In this document: one piece after another, positions 1 through 8,144 of the stretch
Position numbering within the stretch: position 1 is the stretch's first letter
How the letters are laid out: every line of letters begins with the position of its first letter
Origin: Candidatus Staskawiczbacteria bacterium
GTDB lineage: Bacteria > Patescibacteriota > Minisyncoccia > Minisyncoccales > Staskawiczbacteraceae
Length of the DNA stretch: 60,482 nucleotides
Assembly: GCA_026395175.1 (NCBI GenBank)
Contig: JAPLZF010000016.1
Location: 1 to 60,482, forward strand
Direction of reading: 5' to 3'
Translations under genes and position numbers: made by a program
The notes under the pieces: generated by a model
Database searches by the model: none
What the model was told of the DNA's origin: nothing
What the model saw: the letters and a program-made list of their open reading frames with translations, nothing else

Positions 1-32
1 TGTATAAACTTGAACAAGTATTTTGTTTTTTT

Positions 33-1196
33 TTATTTTTCATGTTTAAATGGGGACATTAATTCTAATTGTTTTACTATCTTAGTTAAAACTTTTAACA
101 AATAATTTATTTCTTTTTCTGTTGTAAACCTTCCCAAAGAAATTCGCAAACTGCCATGAGCTTCTTGTGGCTTTAATCCAATTGCCAAAAGCACATAGCT
201 TGGCTCCAGTTTTATAGATGAACAGGCCGACCCTGTAGAACAGGCAATTCCGTGCATATCAAGCTGGATAACCAATGATTCCCCTTCTATATAAGGGAAG
301 GAAACATTAACATTGTTTGGTAGTCTTAATTTTTTATCTCCGTTTAATTTGGCGCCTTCTATTTTTAAAATTCCTTTAATTAATTTATCACGCAATTTTG
401 AAAGTCTTTTTGCTTCTGTTTTCATTTCTTTTTGGCAAAGTTCGACAGCTTTTGCAAAGCCAACAATTGCCGGAATATTTACTGTAGAACTCCGCAAACC
501 ATTTTCCTGCCCACCGCCATGCAATAACGGCACAAGTTTTATGCCCTCTCTTATATACAATAAACCCGCGCCCTTAGGCCCATAAATTTTGTGCGAAGAC
601 GCAGTCAGCAAATCAATATTCATTTTTTTTACATCAATTGGAATTTTTCCAAATGATTGAGAAGCGTCAGTGTGAAAATATACTTTCTTTCCACGGCAAA
701 TTTTTCCAATTTCAGCTATTTTTTGTATTGTGCCAATTTCATTTGAAGCGTGCATAATAGAAACCAAAATGGTATCGGGCCTAATTTCCCTCTCAACATC
801 CTTTGGATTTACCATGCCATATTTATCCACCGGAAGTTTTGTTATTTTGCATCCTCGAGAAAGCCATTTAGTTGTTTCCATTATGCAGGGGTGTTCAATT
901 GAGGAAATTATAATGTGTCTTGCACGGCTGCCTTTTGGCATATTAAAAACTATTCCCTTTATTGCAAGGTTATTGCTTTCTGTTGCAGAACTGGTAAAAA
1001 TAATTTCATTTGGCTTGGCATTTATCAAATCAGCCAAAGTTTGCCTTGACTGATCCAAAGCAAATTTTGCCTCTTGCCCAAAAGAATGCAAAGACATTGT
1101 ATTGCCGAATTTTTCAGACAAATACGGCTCCATAGCCTTTGCCACTCTTTTGTCAACCGGAGTTGTAGCTGCGTAATCTAAATAAACTTTTTCCAT
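33..1196 (-). CDS. nifS: cysteine desulfurase (class V aminotransferase, NifS/IscS family)
   Basis: 387-aa ORF. PLP-lysine context SSHKIYGPKGAG and catalytic Cys loop STGSACSS. Lies directly downstream of an Rrf2-type regulator. Confidence 0.9.
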   Translation of the reverse strand: MEKVYLDYAATTPVDKRVAKAMEPYLSEKFGNTMSLHSFGQEAKFALDQSRQTLADLINAKPNEIIFTSSATESNNLAIKGIVFNMPKGSRARHIIISSIEHPCIMETTKWLSRGCKITKLPVDKYGMVNPKDVEREIRPDTILVSIMHASNEIGTIQKIAEIGKICRGKKVYFHTDASQSFGKIPIDVKKMNIDLLTASSHKIYGPKGAGLLYIREGIKLVPLLHGGGQENGLRSSTVNIPAIVGFAKAVELCQKEMKTEAKRLSKLRDKLIKGILKIEGAKLNGDKKLRLPNNVNVSFPYIEGESLVIQLDMHGIACSTGSACSSIKLEPSYVLLAIGLKPQEAHGSLRISLGRFTTEKEINYLLKVLTKIVKQLELMSPFKHEK

Positions 1197-1204
1197 GTAT
1201 AAAA

Positions 1205-1585
1205 TTATTTTATCAAATCGCTTAATTTAACTTGCTCTAAAGTTTTATTCAAAGATTTTTCCAATTTTGCCCAAACATCTTTTGCCAAGCATTTGGTTTT
1301 TCTTTGGCAACAAACGCAGTCTACGGTTTTTTTATTGCCTTCCAAAGCAGAAATGATGTCGTTAACTGAAATTTTGTTTGAAGCTTTTGTCAAAACATAA
1401 CCGCCATTTGCGCCATGTTTTGCCTTTACTAATTTAGCGCTTTCTAATTTTGCAAAAATTTTAGCTAAAAATTCATACGGTATAACTTCTATATTTGAGA
1501 TTTCCCGTATCGAAATTGTTTTTTTATTTTTAGTTAGGCAAACCATTGCCATAAGGCCGTACTCTGCCCTTTTTGAAATCTTCAT
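1205..1585 (-). CDS. Rrf2 family transcriptional regulator (IscR-like)
   Basis: N-terminus MKISKRAEYGLMAMVCL is typical of Rrf2 winged-helix proteins, with a C-terminal Cys cluster CVCCQRKTKC. ATG at 1585 preferred over the TTG at 1600 given by the ORF track. Confidence 0.85.
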   Translation of the reverse strand: MKISKRAEYGLMAMVCLTKNKKTISIREISNIEVIPYEFLAKIFAKLESAKLVKAKHGANGGYVLTKASNKISVNDIISALEGNKKTVDCVCCQRKTKCLAKDVWAKLEKSLNKTLEQVKLSDLIK

Positions 1586-1613
1586 ATTATTTATTATCAA
1601 TTATTTATTATCC

Positions 1614-1642
1614 GCATATCCGACCAATTTAGTCGGATATGC
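1614..1642. promoter_or_regulatory. 29-bp inverted repeat resembling an IscR type-1 operator
   Basis: GCATATCCGAC-CAATTTA-GTCGGATATGC lies 29 nt upstream of the Rrf2 gene. The core ATATCCGACCAATTTAGTCGGATAT matches most positions of the recalled consensus ATASYYGACTRWWWYAGTCRRSTAT. Confidence 0.55.
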
Positions 1643-1745
1643 TTTTTTTCAGCTTATCAAAATTAGTATAGAATGTCAATATTTATGCAAAAAAAAATGC
1701 CTGATGTCGTCACCAGGCCTGGCGGGTTGAGCGAAGTGGTCTTCA

Positions 1746-1922
1746 CTATTCCAACATCGCGGTTGTTCCCGCGATTCCATCGTCTAACCCATGAGAGTAA
1801 TAAGCTTCTGCGACTTCTTCAAGCGCCGCACATATCGCAGTAAACAACTCGGGATAATAACCCGCTAGCTGAAGCTCCACCTCTTTCTTCTTTTGATCCA
1901 AGAACCCCGTATTCATAGCCAT
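1746..1922 (-). CDS. orphan small protein (58 aa), GC-rich islet 1, paralog of 1964..2173
   Basis: Read by hand because it is below the ORF-track cutoff: MAMNTGFLDQKKKEVELQLAGYYPELFTAICAALEEVAEAYYSHGLDDGIAGTTAMLE. Has an AGGAA-type RBS. Shares the motif E-x-V-A-x-x-Y-Y-x-x-G-L-x-x-G-x-x-G with the upstream ORF. Confidence 0.6.
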   Translation of the reverse strand: MAMNTGFLDQKKKEVELQLAGYYPELFTAICAALEEVAEAYYSHGLDDGIAGTTAMLE

Positions 1923-1963
1923 GATCTTTTTCCTTTCTATTCTTGTTTCAAGGTTTTGCTCGT

Positions 1964-2173
1964 TTATCCTTGCGAGCTTTTCTTAAAACGTTCGACTAGA
2001 CCCGTCATTCCGGCGGTCAACCCTTGTTCATAGTAGGATGTCGCAACACTCTCCATCATGTCATCAATTGCTTGTTGTTGGACTGGGGATAGAGAATGAC
2101 CCTCTAACGCCATAGCCAACAATGATTTGTGAGTCTCTAATGAGTCTCTGTTGATCTCTAGCTTGTTCGCCAT
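1964..2173 (-). CDS. orphan small protein (69 aa from the ATG at 2173), GC-rich islet 1
   Basis: GGAGA lies 7 nt upstream of the ATG at 2173 (the ORF-track start is 2194). Paralogous C-terminal motif ESVATSYYEQGLTAGMTG. Confidence 0.6.
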   Translation of the reverse strand: MANKLEINRDSLETHKSLLAMALEGHSLSPVQQQAIDDMMESVATSYYEQGLTAGMTGLVERFKKSSQG

Positions 2174-2205
2174 TGCACTATCTCCTATACCCATATTGGG
2201 TTGTT

Positions 2206-2230
2206 AAAAAGCAGTAATTTAAATTACTGC
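2206..2230 (-). terminator. rho-independent terminator after the DUF475 gene
   Basis: Perfect 20-nt palindrome GCAGTAATTTAAATTACTGC, flanked by an A-run and a T-run. Confidence 0.7.
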
Positions 2231-2232
2231 TT

Positions 2233-3168
2233 TTATTTGCTTTTGTCAATAGTTTTTGCCAGTTTTAATTCTCGCAGAGACAGGCCCATAAATATTACTA
2301 ATAATAAAACTGTGTTTAGGGGAGCCAGCCAAAATGGAAAATCTTTCCCAAAGGCTTCCAAAACCATAATTCCGCCCAAAATCCCAATAGAATACATAGC
2401 TCCGTTTTTTAAATATGCAAATTTTGCAATTACATCTGTTCCGCGAATTGTGAATTCTCTAACAATATAAGCCCCAAGGCCGTTTCCTAAAAATATTAAA
2501 GGAATAGAAATTGTAAAAGCAAATGCGCCGACAACTCCGTCAATTGAAAAAGTTGCGTCTAAAATTTCCAAATATAAAATTTTACTCCAGGCTGACACAT
2601 TACTGCTCAATAATTGTTTTTCTTTTTCTTCTGCATTCTTTTTAAAACCGTCTGTAATAAAAAATGCCATAGAACCAATGGCTGCCGACAAAGCTAAAAT
2701 TGGATTCACTTTTACCGAAAAATAAATTACGCCTACAAAAAATAAGGAAGCTACAGCATAAAACCAAACAGATTGCTTGTGTATAAATTTTTCCGCCAAA
2801 AAAGCATATTTTTTCTCTTCCATAAAAAGCCAGCTTAAAGCCACTAAAAACAAATAAACCCCGCCCGCCAGAAGCAAAAGTGGCTGCGACTTTTCAACAT
2901 AGGCATTAATTTCCGGGGTTGGATGAAAAACAAAACCTATCACCTGCAAAAAAGAAAATGCCGGGTTTGCCAGCCAAACAATCAAAAACGGCAAAACTCC
3001 GCGAACCGCGAACACTGCGATAAAAAGTCCCCAAGTTAAAAAAAACTTTTTATATTTTTGAGGGAGAGTTTTTAAAACATGGGCGTTGATAATTGCATTA
3101 TCCGCGCTGGAAATTATCTCAAAAAGCGCTAGTCCGAATATAATTACAATAATTTCTATGATATTCAT
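2233..3168 (-). CDS. TerC/DUF475-family integral membrane protein
   Basis: 311-aa polytopic ORF. N-terminal EIISSADNAIINA motif is typical of the TerC superfamily. Confidence 0.6.
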   Translation of the reverse strand: MNIIEIIVIIFGLALFEIISSADNAIINAHVLKTLPQKYKKFFLTWGLFIAVFAVRGVLPFLIVWLANPAFSFLQVIGFVFHPTPEINAYVEKSQPLLLLAGGVYLFLVALSWLFMEEKKYAFLAEKFIHKQSVWFYAVASLFFVGVIYFSVKVNPILALSAAIGSMAFFITDGFKKNAEEKEKQLLSSNVSAWSKILYLEILDATFSIDGVVGAFAFTISIPLIFLGNGLGAYIVREFTIRGTDVIAKFAYLKNGAMYSIGILGGIMVLEAFGKDFPFWLAPLNTVLLLVIFMGLSLRELKLAKTIDKSK

Positions 3169-3632
3169 AATATTTTGATATTATAATCAAGTATTTTATC
3201 GCCTTCGCCGAAAAGAAAATCTGCTTCCAGCTTCTTGCCCTGCAAAACATGTGGCAGCCAATGCGTGTCATCCGGCCACATCTCTTCATAAGGTATTTGG
3301 TCAAAAGTAAACCAGGCCGGCATCATTTCTTCAGATTCTGCCGGCTCGCCCAGCCAATCTTTTGCCACAAACAAGGACACATCCTGGTTGCCGTGCTGTT
3401 TTTCTTCATCTGCAAACCTAAAATGAAACAAGCCGACTTTCTCCGGATTTTTTACCTCAACTCCAATTTCTTCCTTTGTTTCCCTTATTGCAGTATCTAA
3501 AATATTTTTATCAATTTGCGCATCAAATTTACCGCCAGTTCCATTCCATCTGCCTGCTCCAAAACCGCGCTTCTTCATTGCCAAAAGAATCTTGTCATTC
3601 TTAATCAACAAACACAGAGTTGTTTGTTTCAT
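3165..3632 (-). CDS. NUDIX hydrolase (MutT-like)
   Basis: Nudix box GGKFDAQIDKNILDTAIRETKEEIGVE. Internal ATG at 3632 (MKQTTLCLL) chosen because the longer ORF overlaps the upstream gene. Confidence 0.85.
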   Translation of the reverse strand: MKQTTLCLLIKNDKILLAMKKRGFGAGRWNGTGGKFDAQIDKNILDTAIRETKEEIGVEVKNPEKVGLFHFRFADEEKQHGNQDVSLFVAKDWLGEPAESEEMMPAWFTFDQIPYEEMWPDDTHWLPHVLQGKKLEADFLFGEGDKILDYNIKIL

Positions 3633-3636
3633 GCGC

Positions 3637-3873
3637 TTACTGCTTCTTTTTTTTGCTGAAAAAGAAAATATATATAATTTCCAATATCCCCAATGTATTA
3701 ACAACCAATAGCACAATAAACCATGGCTTGCTTCCATTCCTTGCGGCCTTCCACAAAGCAATCCCTTTCCAAATAGCCGTCCACAATACTAAGATCAGAA
3801 TTAGCGCGGTAAAACCGGCGGCTAAAGACTGAAAACCCATCACGTTTATAAATTGTTGATAATTTCCGTACAT
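3637..3873 (-). CDS. small two-TM membrane protein (DUF5652-like, CPR-typical)
   Basis: 78 aa. WKGIALWKAARNGSKPWFIVLLVVNTLGILEIIY motif, recalled from small Patescibacteria proteins. Confidence 0.55.
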   Translation of the reverse strand: MYGNYQQFINVMGFQSLAAGFTALILILVLWTAIWKGIALWKAARNGSKPWFIVLLVVNTLGILEIIYIFFFSKKKKQ

Positions 3874-3877
3874 AATT

Positions 3878-4339
3878 TTATTTTTTAATATTTTTAATAA
3901 TTTCGTATCCTGCGACCCCGAAGGATACGGCTACGTTTAACGATTCTTTTTTGCCTTGCATGGGCAAAAAAATTATTTTGTCTGATTTTTGTAATATTTT
4001 TTTAGAAATTCCTTTTACTTCATTGCCCAATATCAGCGCCAAAGGAAATTTTGGCCTAAACTTTTCATAAGAAATTGCCTTCTTGTCCTGCTCTAATGAT
4101 ATTATACTTATTTTATCTCTTTTTAACCTGTCAATCAACCTGCCCGCCTGCTTACAATATTCAAAAGGAATTGCTTCTTCAGCGCCCAGTGCGGTTTTAG
4201 AAATCTTGTGATGAGGAGGTTTGCCGGTAATCCCGCACAAAAATATTTTTGAAACCCCCAGCGCGTCTGCTGTGCGGAAAATTGAGCCGACATTTTCCAA
4301 GCTTCTTATATTGTCGCAAATTACATAAAACTCTTTCAT
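3878..4339 (-). CDS. SpoU/TrmH family RNA 2'-O-methyltransferase
   Basis: 153 aa. NVGSIFRTADALGV and C-terminal LNVAVSFGV motifs of the SPOUT fold. Confidence 0.8.
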   Translation of the reverse strand: MKEFYVICDNIRSLENVGSIFRTADALGVSKIFLCGITGKPPHHKISKTALGAEEAIPFEYCKQAGRLIDRLKRDKISIISLEQDKKAISYEKFRPKFPLALILGNEVKGISKKILQKSDKIIFLPMQGKKESLNVAVSFGVAGYEIIKNIKK

Positions 4340-4406
4340 TTTTAAATTCTATCTCAAAACCATAAAAAAACAACCCAAAAGGGCTGTTTTAGCGAGCCAA
4401 ATAAAT

Positions 4407-4988
4407 TTATTCTGAAAATCTTTTTTCCACTTCCTCCCAATTCACAATATTCCACCAATTTTCTACAAATTTTGCTCTGTCATTTTTGTAATCCAAATAA
4501 TATGCGTGTTCCCAAACATCCAGGCACAACAAAATTTTCCGTTCGGGGTAAAAGTTAACATTATGTTTTTCAACTTGTATTATTGACATCGCTCCGGTCA
4601 AAATTGCCCAGCCTGACCCCTCAACCGATTTTGCTGTTTCAGAAAATTCTGTTTTAAATCTTTCAAAACTTCCAAACTCTTTATTTATTGCCTCTAAAAT
4701 TTTTCCTGCCGGCTTATTTTTCCCAGAGCTAGCTGGCGCCATAATTTTCCAAAATATTTCATGCAAAATATGGCCCCCAATCGCAAAAGATAATCCCTTA
4801 AGTACTGATTTTTGATCTAACTCTGTGTTTCCATTCCTTGCATCTTGAATTTTATCTATTAAAGTATTTGCTGCATTAACATAAGCTGCATGGTGCTTGT
4901 CATGATGCAAAGTCAAAACCTCTTCAGACATATATGGCTCTAAAGCGTTGTAGTCGTATGGCAATTTTGGTAAATTAAATTTTTCCAT
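4407..4988 (-). CDS. sodA: Fe/Mn superoxide dismutase
   Basis: LPKLPYDYNALEPYMS, HHDKHHAAYV and DVWEHAYYLDYKNDR signatures. Confidence 0.95.
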   Translation of the reverse strand: MEKFNLPKLPYDYNALEPYMSEEVLTLHHDKHHAAYVNAANTLIDKIQDARNGNTELDQKSVLKGLSFAIGGHILHEIFWKIMAPASSGKNKPAGKILEAINKEFGSFERFKTEFSETAKSVEGSGWAILTGAMSIIQVEKHNVNFYPERKILLCLDVWEHAYYLDYKNDRAKFVENWWNIVNWEEVEKRFSE

Positions 4989-5000
4989 AAGATATTTATT

Positions 5001-5288
5001 TTAGCAGCAAGAGTCTGCTTTAAATTCTTTTCTCTCGCCGTATTCTTGTTGTTTTCCTTTGTGCCACTGCTGAACCGGCCTTATGTAGCCCACAACTCTT
5101 GAATAAACTTCGCAGGGCTGAAAATTTGTAAGCGCTTTGTTCTTTTCAAAACATTCATTGCACTTAAAAATATTTATTTTGTCATCCCCTTTTTCATATT
5201 CAAGATATACTCCGTTCCCTATTAATTCTCCGTTAATTTCAATATTTTTGCCACAGTCGTGGCAAACACTATTATTTTCTGTTTCCAT
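5001..5288 (-). CDS. stand-alone zinc-ribbon protein with an NrdD C-terminal (glycyl-radical loop) like motif
   Basis: 95 aa. CHDCG ... CNEC followed by EVYSRVVGYIRPVQQWHKGKQQEYGERKEF, which resembles the class III RNR C-terminus (RVxGY ... W-x-x-GK-x-x-E). Confidence 0.55.
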   Translation of the reverse strand: METENNSVCHDCGKNIEINGELIGNGVYLEYEKGDDKINIFKCNECFEKNKALTNFQPCEVYSRVVGYIRPVQQWHKGKQQEYGERKEFKADSCC

Positions 5289-5363
5289 ATGATTTATTTT
5301 TTAATTATATTCTACTGCTATTATAACCGATACGTTTGAAAAAACAAATTAGATCTTTTTTTA

Positions 5364-6527
5364 TTATATTTCTCCTTTTTTGATTCTTTGGCGAATTTCT
5401 TCCACAAATGTATTGAAATAAAAAAGATTATGAAAGGTTAAAAGCTTCATTCCTGTTATTTCATTTGCTTTTAAAAGATGGCACATATAATCTTTTTTGT
5501 AATTCAAGCAGACATTGCAGACGCAATTTTTATCCAACGGTTCGCGTTTTTTTAAAAATTTTGTCTGCTTCAAATTTAATTTTCCCTCACTGGTAAAGGC
5601 AATTCCGCGCCTGGCATAATGAGTTGGAACCGTGCAATCAAAAGTATCAACACCGGACTTTATTATTAACTCCATGTCTTCCAAATACCCCACTCCCAAA
5701 AGATGCCTTGGCTTTTTTTCCGGCAATTCATCAACAACCCATTCAACCATCTGGCTCATTGTTATTTTGTCGTTTCCAAATTCTCCGCCAATTCCAAATC
5801 CGTCAAAATCTAATCCACCAATAAATTTTGCGCTTTCTAATCTTAAATCTTTAAATCTTGAACCCTGCACAATTCCGTACAAGGCTTGTTTTGATTTTTT
5901 TGTTTTCAGGCAAATTTTTGCCCATTTATGAGTTTTTTCCAAAGATTTTTTAACATAATCTAAGTCTGCCAAGGGCGGTGTACACTCGTCAAAAGCAAAA
6001 ATTATGTCGGCTCCCAATTTTTCCTGAATTTTTATTGACTCTTTTGGCCCAATAAAAAGTTCGTCACCATTTATTGGCGAACGAAAAATTACGCCATCAT
6101 TATTTATTTTTATTTTCTGTGGCTGCATACCTACGACGACTTCTGAAAAGCGAGGTAATAAATTTTTGTCTTTAGTTTGATTACCGAGTGATAATTTGCT
6201 ACCTAATCCAAAATCTCTGCCAAAGCCCAGCGAAAAAACCTGATAACCTCCGGAGTCTGTCATTAAAGGCTTTTTCCAATTCATAAAATTATGAAGTTTG
6301 CCGGCTTTTTCTACAATTTTTTCGCCGGGTTTCAAATGCAAATGAAAAGTGTTGGAAATTAAAATCTGCGACTTTGTTTCTTGGACTTCTTTGCTTTCCA
6401 AAGTTTTTACAACAGCCTGTGTTGCAACCGGAACCAAACACGGAGTCTCAACAACTCCGTGCTCTGTTTCTAAAAATCCCAATCTTGCCCGACTTAATTT
6501 TGATTTTTTTAATATCTTGAAATTCAT
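5364..6527 (-). CDS. tgt: tRNA-guanine transglycosylase (queuine tRNA-ribosyltransferase)
   Basis: 387 aa. TDSGGYQVFSL and C-terminal zinc motif CxCxxC...H. Confidence 0.9.
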   Translation of the reverse strand: MNFKILKKSKLSRARLGFLETEHGVVETPCLVPVATQAVVKTLESKEVQETKSQILISNTFHLHLKPGEKIVEKAGKLHNFMNWKKPLMTDSGGYQVFSLGFGRDFGLGSKLSLGNQTKDKNLLPRFSEVVVGMQPQKIKINNDGVIFRSPINGDELFIGPKESIKIQEKLGADIIFAFDECTPPLADLDYVKKSLEKTHKWAKICLKTKKSKQALYGIVQGSRFKDLRLESAKFIGGLDFDGFGIGGEFGNDKITMSQMVEWVVDELPEKKPRHLLGVGYLEDMELIIKSGVDTFDCTVPTHYARRGIAFTSEGKLNLKQTKFLKKREPLDKNCVCNVCLNYKKDYMCHLLKANEITGMKLLTFHNLFYFNTFVEEIRQRIKKGEI

Positions 6528-6545
6528 TTTTACTTAGTTTGTTGA

Positions 6546-6563
6546 GGTTATCACGTGATAACC
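6546..6563. promoter_or_regulatory. perfect 18-bp palindrome GGTTATCACGTGATAACC (copy 1)
   Basis: Lies 18 nt upstream of the tgt ATG and just downstream of the HTH gene. An identical copy is at 7238. Confidence 0.6.
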
Positions 6564-6589
6564 GTAAGCAACTCGGCCGGTTGAGTTGT

Positions 6590-6775
6590 TCAGTGCCGGA
6601 CAATTAATAAATGCCTTACATCTGCTTTTTTGATAACAAAATTCGGACCAACCTTTATGGCTTTTATTGCTCCTCTATTAATTCTTTTCAGCACAGCCAC
6701 TCTGCTTATTTTCAAAATTTTAGCCAACTGACTGGTCGATAAAAACTCGCTTTTTCCTATAATAATTTCTTTCAT
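6590..6775 (-). CDS. excisionase/MerR-type helix-turn-helix DNA-binding protein
   Basis: 61 aa. LSTSQLAKILKISRVAVLKRINRGAIKAIKVGPNFVI is typical of the HTH_17 family. Confidence 0.75.
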   Translation of the reverse strand: MKEIIIGKSEFLSTSQLAKILKISRVAVLKRINRGAIKAIKVGPNFVIKKADVRHLLIVRH

Positions 6776-6781
6776 ACGCGG

Positions 6782-7213
6782 TCAAATTTTAAGGATATTT
6801 ATACTTTTAACGCTAATCCACGCAGACATCGCTCCAAAACCTTTTTTACTGATATTGAAACAATCAATTTTTTCGGGATTTTTTAGAAAAACCAGCAGAC
6901 AATAATTTTTGTCCTTAAACATTTCGTGATATTTGCCGATTTCATCTTTGCTTATGCCATCTTTCGCTCCATATTTATTAAGAATTTCCAAAACCCTGTT
7001 TGAAGTCAAGCCTGAAAACTGCAAAATATCAAAAACTTCAGCCTTTACGCTCACGGGTTCTCCTGAATTTTTGAAATAAACAATGTCGCCTTTTTGAATT
7101 TTGTCCCAAGGAGAATATTTATTTTTGTACCATCGAGATTCAATCACCTTTTCTCCACTCAAAATCTTTGGCAACAACCCCCAGGATTTTCTCATTATTG
7201 CTAAATGTTCCAT
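6782..7213 (-). CDS. ASCH (PUA-like) domain protein
   Basis: 143 aa. N-terminal LPKILSGEKVIESRWYKN ... GDIVYFK pattern of ASCH domains. Confidence 0.6.
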   Translation of the reverse strand: MEHLAIMRKSWGLLPKILSGEKVIESRWYKNKYSPWDKIQKGDIVYFKNSGEPVSVKAEVFDILQFSGLTSNRVLEILNKYGAKDGISKDEIGKYHEMFKDKNYCLLVFLKNPEKIDCFNISKKGFGAMSAWISVKSINILKI

Positions 7214-7237
7214 AAAAATTACAACACTTAATTTTCA

Positions 7238-7255
7238 GGTTATCACGTGATAACC
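7238..7255. promoter_or_regulatory. perfect 18-bp palindrome GGTTATCACGTGATAACC (copy 2)
   Basis: Lies 25 nt upstream of the ASCH start codon. Confidence 0.6.
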
Positions 7256-7299
7256 AACGCGAATATTAAATTTATTAAATTATGGTTGTAGAATTTACT

Positions 7300-7746
7300 T
7301 TATTTTATTTTTATTGGCAAGGAGAATGTTTTGTCTCTTGCCGGGTCACCACTGGGATTTTCATTATGGAAAACAAGCGTTCCTGATTGTGATATATCTG
7401 ATTGGAAATTTAAAGTAGTTTCAAAATTTATAACAGACTGCATCCAGTCAGTAGTCGCAATCAAAATTGCAATACCTAATTGGTTTCCATTGTTATCTAA
7501 TAATTTTACAGTGCCAACTTGCCCTTCAAAACCGCCCCAGCCATTTCCGTTGACTACGCCCGTAATTTTTAATGGCGAAGAAATTTCTTCGTTTAATTTT
7601 GGCGCAATTATTTGTATGCCCTCTGTCTCTGTGACAGCCGGCGGATTTTGCTGAGAACTTTTTTTAGCAGGCACAAATATTAAAATTCCAATTAAAATAA
7701 CCATTATTAGGCCTAAAATTGCCAATAGCCAAGTTCCTTTTTGCAT
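7300..7746 (-). CDS. membrane-anchored Gmad2 immunoglobulin-like domain protein
   Basis: N-terminal TM helix, then ISSPLKITGVVNGNGWGGFEGQVGTVKLLDNNGNQL ... TDWM pattern. Confidence 0.6.
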   Translation of the reverse strand: MQKGTWLLAILGLIMVILIGILIFVPAKKSSQQNPPAVTETEGIQIIAPKLNEEISSPLKITGVVNGNGWGGFEGQVGTVKLLDNNGNQLGIAILIATTDWMQSVINFETTLNFQSDISQSGTLVFHNENPSGDPARDKTFSLPIKIK

Positions 7747-7809
7747 ATTATTTTATTTTGTTTAATTATATTTATTTTATGTTACTCTTTAAAAGACAAA
7801 ATAAAAAGC

Positions 7810-7838
7810 TTGACACGACTTAACAAAGAGAGTATAAT
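7810..7838 (+). promoter_or_regulatory. consensus sigma-70 promoter TTGACA-N17-TATAAT
   Basis: Exact hexamers at 7810-7815 and 7833-7838. A 9-bp hairpin (TAAAACGAC...GTCGTTTTA, 7861-7890) lies in the leader. Confidence 0.75.
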
Positions 7839-7914
7839 AAAAATAAGCTAATAAGTCGATTAAAACGACTTTGAAGCAAAGGTCGTTTTAATAGTCAAAA
7901 AACAAAACAAAAAA

Positions 7915-8094
7915 ATGTTCGACAGAAACAACAACAGCGGAGGTTTTGTCAGAAGAGAACCGGTTAAAGGAAACTGGAAATGCTCCGAGTGCGGAGTAGA
8001 AATTACAGAGCTTCCTTTTGAACCAGCTCCAGACAGGCCAATCTATTGCAGAGAATGCTGGCAAAAGAAAAGACCTCCAAGATTCAGCAGATAA
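7915..8094 (+). CDS. small CxxC...CxxC zinc-ribbon protein (59 aa)
   Basis: Hand-translated: MFDRNNNSGGFVRREPVKGNWKCSECGVEITELPFEPAPDRPIYCRECWQKKRPPRFSR. Resembles the CxxC-x17-CxxC family common in CPR. Confidence 0.7.
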   Translation: MFDRNNNSGGFVRREPVKGNWKCSECGVEITELPFEPAPDRPIYCRECWQKKRPPRFSR

Positions 8095-8110
8095 TTTTTG
8101 CTAATCAAAA

Positions 8111-8141
8111 AACAGCCCCGCTAAGCAGGGTTGTTTTTTTT
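8111..8141. terminator. bidirectional rho-independent terminator
   Basis: AACAGCCC / GGGTTGTT stem followed by a T-run. Sits between convergent genes. Confidence 0.65.
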
Positions 8142-8144
8142 GCT

